From IMG/VR virus record IMGVR_UViG_3300027782_000067: a stretch of 64,000 nt of DNA; one strand, given 5' to 3'. Shown piece by piece: positions 36,907-47,680 of this stretch. A program made the position numbers and the translations under genes. The notes below the pieces were generated by a model. It was not told the origin of the DNA and did no database searches. It saw only the letters and a list, made by a program, of their open reading frames with translations. Each line of letters opens with the position of its first letter. Within the stretch, counting starts at the first letter, position 1. Source of the stretch: an uncultured virus (IMG/VR IMGVR_UViG_3300027782_000067) (lineage: Duplodnaviria > Heunggongvirae > Uroviricota > Caudoviricetes).

Positions 36907-39237
36907 TTAATATCTTTTTTTAATTTCAACAGTATGAACAATATCCAAATAAAAATCTTCAAGGTCTCTTTCACCTGATGTAATTTTATTAATAACCTCA
37001 TCTCTACGATAAGCGGTATTATCTACAATAAACTCAAGCATTTCTTCATCAGTAATATCTTCAGGTTTAACTGGTTCAGGAATACAATCGTGGTTTCTAT
37101 CAAATAAATCAACATCATCAAAATAAAAACCTGTTTCACCAACTATTTGTTCAAACTTTGGGATCATAGTATCTTCATACCATTCCTCTATTATGCTCGT
37201 CACAAAGTTTTTTCTTGCGTTAAAAATTCTCATTATCTTTTCTACTAATGTTTTTGTTATCAGTAATGAACCACTATAAAATTTACCGTCTTCGTAATAG
37301 TATATTGCGGTAATAACTTCTTTACCGTTAACACACCAATCCTCACGAAGATTACCATAGTTACGAGATTTTTTACCTATTTCTCTATTACCACCCTCAA
37401 TATAATCATCAAGAAATAATGTGATAACTTTTCTAAGACTATCTGTGGATTTAAGGTATCTTTGTCTTTGGTCTTCTTCCCTCAATACTTTTATTATGTT
37501 TTCTTTTAAATCTGTTCCCCCACCATCTAACTTATCAGTAAACCCCATAAGTTTATCAAATGCTGGATGTGACATTATTGGTTCTTTTTTCTTATCTTTC
37601 ATCTGATTCCAAGTTGACGGTTTAACTTTCATATGGTTCTTAACAAGATATTTAATTTCATCAACATCCATTCCTTCAAATGATTCAATCCAATCTTTAT
37701 ATCTTTCAACATAGTCCGTTGATTTATCTTCGTGTCCGTACGCCGTTGGTTGATTTGTTTTTGGATTTATTTTATATGTGTCTATCTTACCTAAGTCGTG
37801 AAATAATGCCGCCATTACCATGTTTGGATCATCAGGATAGTGATGGTAAGCTCGTTTAATAACAACAATAATATGTTTAAGAGTATTCCCTTCAGGATGC
37901 CATTCAGGATTTTGTTTTGCCCCCCATTGTTTGAATAAAAGTTCTTTTAATTCCTTTGGTAAGTTCTTAATTAACTCCTGTGGTGTCGCATGAAGTTTTT
38001 CTTCCCTCAATACTCTTCTTATAGATTCTTGCATATTTCTTGGTTCAAATTTTTCTCTATTTTTCCAAATCTGTCCACCTTGATCTAATTGATTTCGTCC
38101 TTTTGTTTTTGAATTAACAATTGGAAGGCCAAAGTAGTCTGATATTTTTTGATATACTATTGTTGCAATTCCTTGTCCTCTATATTTTTCAGGAATAACA
38201 ATATCTCCTACATATATTTCACCATCATTAATTACAATGTTCATTTGTCCAAGATCAACAACACCGTCTTCACTGGTAATATCTTGGTCGTCAACCATAA
38301 TAATAATATTTTGAATTTTACCAAAATGATTATACATATTCCGACCTAAACGAATTTGAACTCTATCTTCTTCAATTCTTGTTGATGGGTCTGAAAGTTT
38401 AAATGGGTTTCTTATGTTATTTTTATGTTCATCGGATTCCCACATTTCTCGTTTATTAATATTCTCCTGTTCTTTAATATTAAAAATAAAATGTATTCTC
38501 CATTTATTAATTATTCTATCGGAAATATTATACATAAAATCATCATAATCAATCCCTCCCCAAATACCATTAAACGTCAGATTTACATCAACTTCAAACA
38601 TAGGAATTCTACTTATACCTTTTTTTATTTCTATATTTAGAATACTTATTTTATCTATAGTATCAACAACATCGCAACCATCAAACGATAACCAATCAGG
38701 GAAAGTATCCGCATCAGGCACTTCACAAATATTTTTAATTTCATCAAGTGTTTGATCAACGATGTTTTGGAATGTCCCAATCATTGTTTTTTTATTTAAC
38801 TTATTATCATTAGTTGATTCCATTAATCCCCAATCCTTACCTGTACCTTCATGTTTTAATGTTATTGCATTTGCAGGTATGTTTTCAAATGTTACTATAT
38901 GTTTTGATCTTGATTCATAGTGTTTATCTTTATACCACTTAACATCAGGTATCATTTCAGTATTAATTTCCCATACATCGTCATCGTATGTGGAATCAAA
39001 AGACGCTCTTTTATTTGTTGAGTTGGTTGCAAAGATTGCTGGTATACATTTTTCACCGTAACCCGCATAAATTTTATAACATTCTCCAGCTCTTACTTTT
39101 AAACCTTCATTTGTTATTTTATCTCTAACCTTTGGATTAGATTTATGTATAACAATTTTGTTTGGTATTATTTCTTTACCCGCAGGACTATATTCATCTT
39201 CCCTTAATATTCTTCTTATGGATTCCTGTAGGTTCAT
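36907..39237 (-). CDS. leader-punctuated multidomain protein: ART/KptA-like, unknown, GNAT, HD and unknown domains
   Basis: HKSN..GLK..IFAT; YRGQGIA; HPEG..H..HDLGK..GHE; internal QESIRRVLREE and KENIIKVLREE. Confidence 0.75.
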   Translation of the reverse strand: MNLQESIRRILREDEYSPAGKEIIPNKIVIHKSNPKVRDKITNEGLKVRAGECYKIYAGYGEKCIPAIFATNSTNKRASFDSTYDDDVWEINTEMIPDVKWYKDKHYESRSKHIVTFENIPANAITLKHEGTGKDWGLMESTNDNKLNKKTMIGTFQNIVDQTLDEIKNICEVPDADTFPDWLSFDGCDVVDTIDKISILNIEIKKGISRIPMFEVDVNLTFNGIWGGIDYDDFMYNISDRIINKWRIHFIFNIKEQENINKREMWESDEHKNNIRNPFKLSDPSTRIEEDRVQIRLGRNMYNHFGKIQNIIIMVDDQDITSEDGVVDLGQMNIVINDGEIYVGDIVIPEKYRGQGIATIVYQKISDYFGLPIVNSKTKGRNQLDQGGQIWKNREKFEPRNMQESIRRVLREEKLHATPQELIKNLPKELKELLFKQWGAKQNPEWHPEGNTLKHIIVVIKRAYHHYPDDPNMVMAALFHDLGKIDTYKINPKTNQPTAYGHEDKSTDYVERYKDWIESFEGMDVDEIKYLVKNHMKVKPSTWNQMKDKKKEPIMSHPAFDKLMGFTDKLDGGGTDLKENIIKVLREEDQRQRYLKSTDSLRKVITLFLDDYIEGGNREIGKKSRNYGNLREDWCVNGKEVITAIYYYEDGKFYSGSLLITKTLVEKIMRIFNARKNFVTSIIEEWYEDTMIPKFEQIVGETGFYFDDVDLFDRNHDCIPEPVKPEDITDEEMLEFIVDNTAYRRDEVINKITSGERDLEDFYLDIVHTVEIKKRY

Positions 39238-40634
39238 ATTTCCTCTTCTATTTTTTTTTGTTTAAGTGGTGGATCCAATAAAAACTTATTATTAATCCAA
39301 TTTCTTAATTCATTTTCAACAAAAAATTCTGGAACTTCGTTATCTTCAGGCATAGTTGACGCTAGTTCAGCAATGTATCTGGCAAATTTAACTTTATATT
39401 TATTATCCATTAAGGTCATTAATCCATCGGATATAAAAAAAATTCTAGATAATGGATCAGATAAATTTAATTCACCTTCAGTTAAATCAAACATTTTCAT
39501 TACCACCTTACCCCACCAAGTCTTATAACTTGTTGTTTCTTCTAAGGTTGGTCTTAAAACTTTATTAACCGCTCTAACAATTGAACCTGTAAAACCGGCA
39601 ATTGCCAATTGTGGAATAAACCAAGGTAATAATCGTATTGTTGCTTTAACACCTCCCTCACCTACGTGTTGAAATAATCTTCTGCTAGTCGCGGAATCAA
39701 CTATAGCCTTTAATTGACCAAATGTTATTTTACCTTGAGAACTACAAAATTTTTCTGAATCACAAATGTTTTTTAAAGCATTTTTGTCGGGATTTGTTTC
39801 ATTTAACCCAATCAATGATTGTGATCTTAATGTTTGTTCAGTTAAAGGATCAAAGTATCTACCTTCTAAGTCAATGTCTCTAACTTCAAGACCTGAGTTA
39901 TCCTCGAACCATTTTTTAAAGACAGGAATCCATTTATCTCCAAATAATAATGTTAACCCATTGTTTACCCATTTTGTGATCACTAAGGCATATAAATAAT
40001 CATACCCATCCCACTCACCAAGATAAGCGTAAGCAAAGAGATCGTTTATCTCAAAGTCATAACTCCCATGTTTATTTACATCATCCCTATAAAAATCATG
40101 TAATTCTGGACCCCAATTATAATCAGGATGATATTCTTCTTTTAAATATTGATATATAAATTCATTAAGATCTTCTCCATCAAAATTTAATATCTTTATT
40201 AATCTTTCTACACTACCAACCGCCTTTGCCGTTTTTTTAATTCCTATAGTACGAATCATTCGGGACAAATTATCTTGTATTGTTTCTTCCCTCAGTATTT
40301 TTATTACTGATTCATTTATACCATATTTTCTTTTTATTAAGTCGTATCTTTCTTCTATTCTTTCATCATAATATTTTCTAAGAACATAAAAAACATCATC
40401 ATACCATTGTAACTCATTTGGGAGGGTATATACCAATATATTGTGTATTCCGTCTATGGTCATTGATAATATGGTATTTCTAAATGTGACCAATGGTACA
40501 ATACTACCACTTTCTTTAAGATTTATTGAACATTTATTTGAAATCGTATCTAAACACTCGGTAAATTCCATTTCTAAATACTCAGGACTTACTCTACGTA
40601 AAATTAGATTTAATGTTTTATCGTTTATGTTCAT
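39234..40634 (-). CDS. multidomain protein with internal leader-like linkers
   Basis: INESVIKILREE, LTEQ and LNET linkers; start moved to MNIND. Confidence 0.65.
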   Translation of the reverse strand: MNINDKTLNLILRRVSPEYLEMEFTECLDTISNKCSINLKESGSIVPLVTFRNTILSMTIDGIHNILVYTLPNELQWYDDVFYVLRKYYDERIEERYDLIKRKYGINESVIKILREETIQDNLSRMIRTIGIKKTAKAVGSVERLIKILNFDGEDLNEFIYQYLKEEYHPDYNWGPELHDFYRDDVNKHGSYDFEINDLFAYAYLGEWDGYDYLYALVITKWVNNGLTLLFGDKWIPVFKKWFEDNSGLEVRDIDLEGRYFDPLTEQTLRSQSLIGLNETNPDKNALKNICDSEKFCSSQGKITFGQLKAIVDSATSRRLFQHVGEGGVKATIRLLPWFIPQLAIAGFTGSIVRAVNKVLRPTLEETTSYKTWWGKVVMKMFDLTEGELNLSDPLSRIFFISDGLMTLMDNKYKVKFARYIAELASTMPEDNEVPEFFVENELRNWINNKFLLDPPLKQKKIEEEI

Positions 40635-40693
40635 ATTAATAAATACGACCATAAGATAAAACTGACTATTTTATAATTAACATAGTTGTTGTA

Positions 40694-40987
40694 TTAATAA
40701 AAATCATAATTTGTTTTATAGTACTCTACAAACTCTGATGTAATTTTTATTTTTTTTATATTAATGTTAAGTGTTGAGGATAGAAAACTTTTAATCTTGA
40801 ATATGTTTGGTGTTTTAGATATTCTACCGAAAATACCATCTACAGGACCTAAAGTTATGACTAATTTTATGACGTATTGATCATCCCCAAAATCTTTAGG
40901 TTCTTTTAAAACATTTATTTGCACATCTTCCATTTCTTGGTAAACATGCGTATTAAGTAATTGTTTTATTAGTTTGGATTTGTCCAT
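40694..40987 (-). CDS. hypothetical protein under host-type promoter
   Basis: start moved to MDKSK, 4 nt after TATATTTG. Confidence 0.6.
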   Translation of the reverse strand: MDKSKLIKQLLNTHVYQEMEDVQINVLKEPKDFGDDQYVIKLVITLGPVDGIFGRISKTPNIFKIKSFLSSTLNINIKKIKITSEFVEYYKTNYDFY

Positions 40988-41197
40988 ACTACAAATATAC
41001 AAAATATTTTTTAATTTAATAATAATATAAATAAAAAACCCCATCCATGTGATGAGGTTTATTTTATTTTAATACCTGTAATTTTTTTAAATCTTTGTTT
41101 TAGTTTTATTCTCAAATACCTATTAACAACTTTACTGATGTTTTTTTCTTTTTCTAACAACCTCATTTTTAGATCGTCCTCTGTTCTTATATTCATA

Positions 41198-41431
41198 TTA
41201 AATTAATTTAAAATTTTCTGTAGTTAACAATTTAACTATTCGTTTCTCAGATACTGAGTTAATTGCTGGTCTTGTTGCAACTTCAGTTATCCCCTTGGAA
41301 AATACTACTTGAAACTTCTCTGTGTTTTTAATGTAAAACCTTGATACATGACAGTATTCTCCTTTGTCATTAACAAAATTACCAAAAGATTTGGCCATTA
41401 ATAGTTGTCCGAGTGTGATTTTATTTTCCAT
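41198..41431 (-). CDS. hypothetical protein under host-type promoter
   Basis: start moved to MENKI, 4 nt after TATCTTTG. Confidence 0.6.
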   Translation of the reverse strand: MENKITLGQLLMAKSFGNFVNDKGEYCHVSRFYIKNTEKFQVVFSKGITEVATRPAINSVSEKRIVKLLTTENFKLI

Positions 41432-41483
41432 ACCACAAAGATATGTGAAATTTATTAACCCCACAAATAAATTTATTTATTTC

Positions 41484-41948
41484 TTAAGATTCTTCTATCT
41501 GTTCTGAATCTAACACTACCGTTGTATTTCTACCGGCAAATGCTGGTTCGTAAGCAGCAACTGATTTAAATGGAAAAAATTTGTTCATTTCATCACGTAA
41601 AGTACCTATAATCCAAGATTGCATATTACTGGCCATAAGATTTGTTTTAAAATATATTTTAATACGTACTTTATCCGGTCTATTTCTATTAACCTCAAGA
41701 AAAGATATTTCAACATCATCAAATTCCACAAAATTAATAAAGTTTTTAACTAACATTTCTTGGGTTTCAATATCGGTAACATCCAAATTTAATATTTTTA
41801 CAACATTTTTAAATCCTCCAACAACACTAGATACAAAATGAATACCTTTAGTTTCAAATAAATTTCTAACACTCTTTTGAATATCGGTATCTTCTTCCCT
41901 TAATATTTTTAATATTTTTTGATTGTCAAACATATTAAATAAATACAT
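41484..41948 (-). CDS. leader-D protein with VGG helical module
   Basis: ILKILREE; SSVVGGFKNVVKIL. Confidence 0.65.
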   Translation of the reverse strand: MYLFNMFDNQKILKILREEDTDIQKSVRNLFETKGIHFVSSVVGGFKNVVKILNLDVTDIETQEMLVKNFINFVEFDDVEISFLEVNRNRPDKVRIKIYFKTNLMASNMQSWIIGTLRDEMNKFFPFKSVAAYEPAFAGRNTTVVLDSEQIEES

Positions 41949-41988
41949 CGTAAAAATAAAAATAAACCCAACTTTTTGGTTAGGTTTA

Positions 41989-42588
41989 TTAATCCAATGA
42001 TTTTGGTAGATACAACAATGTTGGGTTCTTTTTTTGAATATCTACGTCAGGAAACTTCTCACTAAAAGTCTTAACATCAAATCTACCTGTAATCAAATGC
42101 CACCCGTTTTTTGTTGGTATAACCGCTTCAATTTTTTTACCTTCGGGTCTAAGATAATTAATAAATTGCGATAGTTCAGTGACCGCATGAAAATCAGTTA
42201 CGTCAATATCAACAATCCATCTTTTCTCTTGAGTTTTAATTTGTCCAACAACTGAATCAAATAGACCCTTTTGATTTGATACACCATCTCTAATACGTTC
42301 AGCAAGTGATGCTAACATATTTAACGATACATCTTTATGATTTTGTTTTTGTACGTGAATGTATGCTCGTGCTTTAAAGATCTCACATAGTTCTTTAATC
42401 TCATCATACCTACGTTCCAAGTGTTCAATAGATTCAATACAATATGTTTTAATTGTACGAACTGACTGATGGTTATCTCTTTCTCCTTCAGGTTGATCTT
42501 TCTTACGTTTAAAAACATATAACATATAGAAATCCCCCTGTTCAGAAAAATTCAATAAAGGTTTAATAATTTCTAAATTGTTTATCAT
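41989..42588 (-). CDS. phage protein with AEP primase-like motifs
   Basis: WIVDID and PTKNGWHL. Confidence 0.5.
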   Translation of the reverse strand: MINNLEIIKPLLNFSEQGDFYMLYVFKRKKDQPEGERDNHQSVRTIKTYCIESIEHLERRYDEIKELCEIFKARAYIHVQKQNHKDVSLNMLASLAERIRDGVSNQKGLFDSVVGQIKTQEKRWIVDIDVTDFHAVTELSQFINYLRPEGKKIEAVIPTKNGWHLITGRFDVKTFSEKFPDVDIQKKNPTLLYLPKSLD

Positions 42589-42892
42589 TTTTTATAATTT
42601 TATATCCATTCAATTTTATCCACCCTAAAAAATCAAGTGCGGTCCATTTGTTTGGATCTAATTCACCTAAAGGTCCGTCACCAAACTGATCAATAAATCC
42701 TTGGAGGATATCTTTTTCTATTTCAAATCCTCTATTTTCACTTTCATTTATTTTAATCTTAACCATTTCAATGGCACATTTTTCACATTGGACTGCCTTT
42801 TTATCTCCTGAAAAAGTATTCTTACATGTAATACAATTACAGTGATAAAATCCAGAAGCAAATCCACCTATTGGATATTTTACTTCTCCCAC
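42563..42892 (-). CDS. zinc-ribbon hypothetical protein
   Basis: CNCITC...QCEKC. Confidence 0.6.
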   Translation of the reverse strand: MGEVKYPIGGFASGFYHCNCITCKNTFSGDKKAVQCEKCAIEMVKIKINESENRGFEIEKDILQGFIDQFGDGPLGELDPNKWTALDFLGWIKLNGYKIIKNDKQFRNY

Positions 42893-43131
42893 TATTCTTC
42901 AATATTATTTATAAATGATTGTCGTTTAATTTTAACCAAACTCTCAAGTGGTTCAATAACTGTGTATTGATAATTTCTCCAATATTTGGCATTTTCGTTA
43001 TTTATTAATTGTTTTGCAAAATTACTAATCAATGTTTTAGCGGTAATTGTTTGTTGGTATGTCTCACAAGAATCAATTACCTTTTCAATCCATTTTGATA
43101 CGTCTCCGTAGTGTGTGCTTCTTTTTTCCAT
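42892..43131 (-). CDS. hypothetical protein
   Basis: WIEKVIDSC; start moved to MEKRS. Confidence 0.6.
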   Translation of the reverse strand: MEKRSTHYGDVSKWIEKVIDSCETYQQTITAKTLISNFAKQLINNENAKYWRNYQYTVIEPLESLVKIKRQSFINNIEE

Positions 43132-43133
43132 TT

Positions 43134-43631
43134 TTATAATTTTTTTAATATTAAACAACCTTCTTCATCCAATTTTGGTTTACCTGTAGTAATACAAACA
43201 CCTTTTTTATTTATACCATCACAATTCTTGTCTAAACACTCTTCAACTATCTCAACATCCCATTCAGTTTGTTGATTAGCTAAACTAAGATATTGTATTG
43301 TCAATCCTGTTTTTCTACTTTTTTCAATTATAGAAATAACATCATCCTCACTAAACTTCTTATCACCCATCAACTCTATCATAACTTCAATAGTTCTTTC
43401 TACTGCGGCTAATGTAAATGAATCAGGACATCCATCAAAACCATTAAATATTTTTTTCTTTATATCAACCAAATCATAACCACGTTCAATTTCTTTGCAG
43501 TTTTTGATGGATAACATACCAACCTGATCATCTCTTGTTGTTCCTAATAGATAACCGGTGTCGTAAGTTCCTTTGGTTGGGTCAATTAAAATGTAGTTAC
43601 CCTTATCTGTCTTAATTAGTTTTGCTTTCAT
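43134..43631 (-). CDS. hypothetical phage protein
   Basis: MKAKLIK...TEWDVEI...PKLDEEGCLILK. Confidence 0.65.
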   Translation of the reverse strand: MKAKLIKTDKGNYILIDPTKGTYDTGYLLGTTRDDQVGMLSIKNCKEIERGYDLVDIKKKIFNGFDGCPDSFTLAAVERTIEVMIELMGDKKFSEDDVISIIEKSRKTGLTIQYLSLANQQTEWDVEIVEECLDKNCDGINKKGVCITTGKPKLDEEGCLILKKL

Positions 43632-43727
43632 AAGTTAATAATACAAAACTTTTTTTAAAAAACAAAATCCCACAACCTGTTAAAGTGTGGGATTTTTATT
43701 GTTTGGTGTTGTGTTAATCTTATTGTA

Positions 43728-44936
43728 TTATATTTTTCCAAAATTAATGTAACTTGAGATATCATCTGCTTGGTCTCTTATTTTGTTAAATTCATATTGT
43801 AGTTCGTTAACCTCGTAAGTTATGTTTTTTAATTTTTTATCTAAATTTTCTTTTATTTTTAATAAATTATAGTACTTATCTTTTATCCCGTTAAATTCTA
43901 AAAATTGATCAAAACTTTTTGGTTCTATTTTCATTACTCTATAATAATTCATAACAATATCATACAATTCTAAAGTTTCTTTTACAAATCTTACAGATTT
44001 TGTTGCATTATAACTTCTTTTTGCGGTGTTCAACACTTTGTATTTTTCTTTAAGTAAATTATCTAACTCTTCATACCTAGACTTATTAAATTCTTGTTCC
44101 TTTTTATACTGTTGATCATAATATTTTAAATAAAGATTATATGTATAATCTCTAATAAGTTCAATAAATGAACCTAAAATATTACTACCAATATATTTTC
44201 TAACAGTTCCAGGAGTTACCTCATCATCAATTGCATTCCAAAAAGCAAAATCACCTTTTTTACTATTTGCCAAAAAATTCTCTTTATACCTCCAATCAGT
44301 ACTTGTTGGGGGGTCGTACTGAATTGCAATTTTAAAGTAGTTTTTAGATTTTTTCTTTCCTGGTATTGGTTCTCTTAATTTATCTATAACAAAGAAAAAT
44401 AAATTTACATCACTATAATTTTCAAAATAATTGTTTGTGTTTGATGCAATACACCATTTAGTATTTGATCCATATTTACAGGAAGCCTCTTTATTTTTTG
44501 GTCTTACCAAAACATACTTATCGTCTTCATATAATTTTTCAACACCGGATAATTCAAGTTCTTTTTTTGTGATTTTTGTTATTGCCTCTTCATATTTTTT
44601 TTCAAATTCCTCATAACTATATTGGTAAATGTCTTTTTTTTCAAACTTATGTTGATTTTTATCAAAATAATTAATCATTAATATTAAATCTTCAATTTCT
44701 GTGGTTAAATCTTTTTGATCTCTTTCAATTAATACTTTTGATATCCAATTAAAATATTTTTTGGTTGGGGATGGGTCTAAATTATAAGCATCTTTTATAA
44801 TATCATTATATGTGTCATTATATTTTTTTTCATAATATTTAAGTAAATCGTCAAGTTTACTTTCAGATAAAATGGTTTTATTTGATAAGAAATTTGTTAA
44901 ACCATTAATTCTTTTTATCTCTTCTCTTAAATTCAT
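43728..44936 (-). CDS. leader-D protein with TKWC (PcfJ-like) domain and coiled coil
   Basis: MNLREEIKRI..ILSES; EASCKYGSNTKWCI. Confidence 0.6.
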   Translation of the reverse strand: MNLREEIKRINGLTNFLSNKTILSESKLDDLLKYYEKKYNDTYNDIIKDAYNLDPSPTKKYFNWISKVLIERDQKDLTTEIEDLILMINYFDKNQHKFEKKDIYQYSYEEFEKKYEEAITKITKKELELSGVEKLYEDDKYVLVRPKNKEASCKYGSNTKWCIASNTNNYFENYSDVNLFFFVIDKLREPIPGKKKSKNYFKIAIQYDPPTSTDWRYKENFLANSKKGDFAFWNAIDDEVTPGTVRKYIGSNILGSFIELIRDYTYNLYLKYYDQQYKKEQEFNKSRYEELDNLLKEKYKVLNTAKRSYNATKSVRFVKETLELYDIVMNYYRVMKIEPKSFDQFLEFNGIKDKYYNLLKIKENLDKKLKNITYEVNELQYEFNKIRDQADDISSYINFGKI

Positions 44937-44956
44937 ATTAATAAATATCCCTTATA

Positions 44957-45349
44957 CTAATAATTGTATTCATCATCATCATCGTCTTCTTCATCCCAAG
45001 TGATAGGCTCATCATCGTCTTCAATAGTACCTAAATTACTACCTGATTCAACCCAAACTTCAAAAGGTGTTGAAAGTCCACAATTTTCAACATACTGAAT
45101 AAAAAATTCTTCCAAATATGAATCGTCTTTAAAAATTCTAGATATTTGGTCATAGATTTCTTTTTGTACCGATAATGATTTATCTGGTTTAACTATTAAA
45201 AATATAACAGTGTTTCCCGGAGTTGCAAGATATTCCATTCCATAACGTTTGTTTTCCCAAGGTCTTAAATCCAACCTTGAGAGGAATAGTTTTGCGATCT
45301 CTTGTTTATCTATAGTTTCTTTTAATATATGTCTAATATTTTCTTTCAT
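44957..45349 (-). CDS. leader-D hypothetical protein
   Basis: MKENIRHILKE. Confidence 0.65.
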   Translation of the reverse strand: MKENIRHILKETIDKQEIAKLFLSRLDLRPWENKRYGMEYLATPGNTVIFLIVKPDKSLSVQKEIYDQISRIFKDDSYLEEFFIQYVENCGLSTPFEVWVESGSNLGTIEDDDEPITWDEEDDDDDEYNY

Positions 45350-45353
45350 AGTC

Positions 45354-45851
45354 TTACATATTTAATAATTCTGCACTAAACCCATTAAAAAAATTTAATT
45401 TAATTTCTTTAAAATATCTTCTAAAATACTCATCCACAATTTCACTAACTTCATTTTTTATTTGCCAATATTCTTCAAAATCTTGCATTTCTTTACTTAA
45501 AAGATCATAAGTTTTATCTGTTGTCATAATTAAAGTTACCTTACCATATAAAACATCAAAATTAACTTCTAAAAAATCATCTTCATCATAATTATTAATT
45601 TCCCTAACTTTAAAAGTAAAATCATATCCACCAACTTGTATTTTAAATTCTAACTTTCTAACGTCAATTTCTTTACCTATAAACTCTTTTTTTAAAAGAT
45701 CTATTTCTGACATTTTAACTATTTTAGAAACGTTTTTGATTCCTCCAACTTTTCTACAAACCATTAACAATCCTTCATTATTAATCATTTTTAAAAATTG
45801 ATCACCTAAATTTAATTCTTCTTTTAAAATATTTCTTATTAGATTTTTCAT
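45354..45851 (-). CDS. leader-D protein with VGG helical module
   Basis: MKNLIRNILKEE; RKVGGIKNVSKI. Confidence 0.65.
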   Translation of the reverse strand: MKNLIRNILKEELNLGDQFLKMINNEGLLMVCRKVGGIKNVSKIVKMSEIDLLKKEFIGKEIDVRKLEFKIQVGGYDFTFKVREINNYDEDDFLEVNFDVLYGKVTLIMTTDKTYDLLSKEMQDFEEYWQIKNEVSEIVDEYFRRYFKEIKLNFFNGFSAELLNM

Positions 45852-46717
45852 CCCTCTGTAATCTCTATATAATTGAAATGTTTATCTATATTAAAACCAA
45901 AGGATTCAATAACATTATGAACAAACTGTTCAACCAATCCTACAATACCTTCTTTAAATTCATGATAAGAATAAAAATCATCAAATGGATTATTACCTGT
46001 TGAAAAATTTATGTCTTGTCCTGATTCTGGATCATAAAATGTACCTTCTAATACAATAAAATTGGCGTCTAAATCTATATAATTTTTAGTTGGGTTTAAT
46101 AGGTTTTCTTCATCCTCTTCACTAAATTCAACTTTATCAAATTTAATAGTTAGTTTACCATCAAAAAAATCACCCATGACTTGTATCATTTCTCTTTCAG
46201 TAAATGTATTATCCATTAGGTATTTAGTTATTATTTCAGTTCTACTATTACCATCATAACCCATATATTCCATAAAAAATAGAATTATCTCATTTTTTTT
46301 TGAACCCAATCCAAGTTTACTTATATCATATATGTTTGGTATTTTACCTTGTTTTTTTTCTTGGTCCCATTTATTGAAAAAGAATTTTTTAAGTTGGTCT
46401 ATATTATTAGACTCCTGTATTTGATTTTTTCCTGTTTTTCTAAAATTATAATAATATGCCTTTAATAAAGGATCATAAATCTCAATCATATATACTATAT
46501 ACCCATCAACTTCATTTGTTGGTAACTCATCTATATTGATATTGTATTTGTAAAAAATGTAATTTTCTAATGTTGCTTTAACTAATCTCCATTTAAACTC
46601 CTCAAGAGATTCGGATTCATAAAAAATATAACTAGTTCCTTTCCTCATCATTTTTTCAAATTTATGATGATCAATTCTTCTCACAAAAAAAGGCGAAATA
46701 TTATGATTGTTATCCAT
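45848..46717 (-). CDS. two-domain protein; second domain paralogous to 52860..53426
   Basis: IQES linker; LKKFFFNKWDQEKKQGKIP; start moved to MDNNH. Confidence 0.65.
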   Translation of the reverse strand: MDNNHNISPFFVRRIDHHKFEKMMRKGTSYIFYESESLEEFKWRLVKATLENYIFYKYNINIDELPTNEVDGYIVYMIEIYDPLLKAYYYNFRKTGKNQIQESNNIDQLKKFFFNKWDQEKKQGKIPNIYDISKLGLGSKKNEIILFFMEYMGYDGNSRTEIITKYLMDNTFTEREMIQVMGDFFDGKLTIKFDKVEFSEEDEENLLNPTKNYIDLDANFIVLEGTFYDPESGQDINFSTGNNPFDDFYSYHEFKEGIVGLVEQFVHNVIESFGFNIDKHFNYIEITEG

Positions 46718-46890
46718 ATAGTATATAAATACCTTAATGAATATATTTGTCACTGTGTTTTACTCATAAATCTTTTTAATCAACTAACATGGTAAAAGAA
46801 TGTAAAAAAGGTAAAAACCCATCTTAAAGTGGATTTTTTTATTGTGATTATCCTATTGAATCTAACTTATAAAATATCTAATTTTAATTT

Positions 46891-47229
46891 ATGGATGACG
46901 TTACAAAATATTTCCCAATATTTGATAAATTTTTAAATGAAATGTCGTATGGGTCTATATCCAATGTTGAGTTTATTAATGTAGAAAAGTTCTTTGACCG
47001 TACTGTTTTTATTGCCGAAACAAAGTTTGGTGAAGAGTTTGTGGTTAACCAAAGACGTATTAATTGTAAAATGGTTATTGGTGTTAATACATATAATTAC
47101 CGTTGGTCTTACAATAAAAGTTTATTAGAAAAACAATTTGTTTCGATGTTTAAAAGACAATTTAAAAGTATAGACTTTGATTATTGTCAGGTCGTTATTG
47201 AATCTGCTAATATGATTTCAAGTTATTAA
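46891..47229 (+). CDS. hypothetical protein
   Basis: 112-aa ORF filling the gap between minus-strand genes. Confidence 0.55.
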   Translation: MDDVTKYFPIFDKFLNEMSYGSISNVEFINVEKFFDRTVFIAETKFGEEFVVNQRRINCKMVIGVNTYNYRWSYNKSLLEKQFVSMFKRQFKSIDFDYCQVVIESANMISSY

Positions 47230-47680
47230 CAAATCTTTTTATTTCACGATTTGATATAAATTCCTCAGTGTCTTTTTTTACTTGTTCTTGATCACATTCG
47301 TTATTATCAAAGAACAAGTTAGGTATCCCATTACTTTCACCTTCTTTAATTGTTAGTTCTATAAAATCAGGAAGATATTTTACTGCTTCTGATTCATATT
47401 TTTCTATTTTATTAATTACGTCATCATAATCATGTACTCCTTTTGAATCGATATAATGGTCCCCTATTTTTATGTAAACGTGTATTAAATGATATTCAAT
47501 AACTTCATTTGTGTCCAAGACTAATTCTTCGGCAATAACCAAATAATAAGTTATATCTTTATTGGGTAATAGTTTTTGCAATTTTTCTTTAACATTCATT
47601 GCAAAATAATGACAAAAACCAAACTGATAATCGTAAAAATTCCGATTTTCTCTTAAAATTTTTACAATTAAGTTTTTCAT
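47207..47680 (-). CDS. leader-D protein with papain/transglutaminase-like Cys-His-Asp triad
   Basis: GFCHYFA...HVYIKIGDHYIDSKG. Confidence 0.55.
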   Translation of the reverse strand: MKNLIVKILRENRNFYDYQFGFCHYFAMNVKEKLQKLLPNKDITYYLVIAEELVLDTNEVIEYHLIHVYIKIGDHYIDSKGVHDYDDVINKIEKYESEAVKYLPDFIELTIKEGESNGIPNLFFDNNECDQEQVKKDTEEFISNREIKRFVNNLKSY

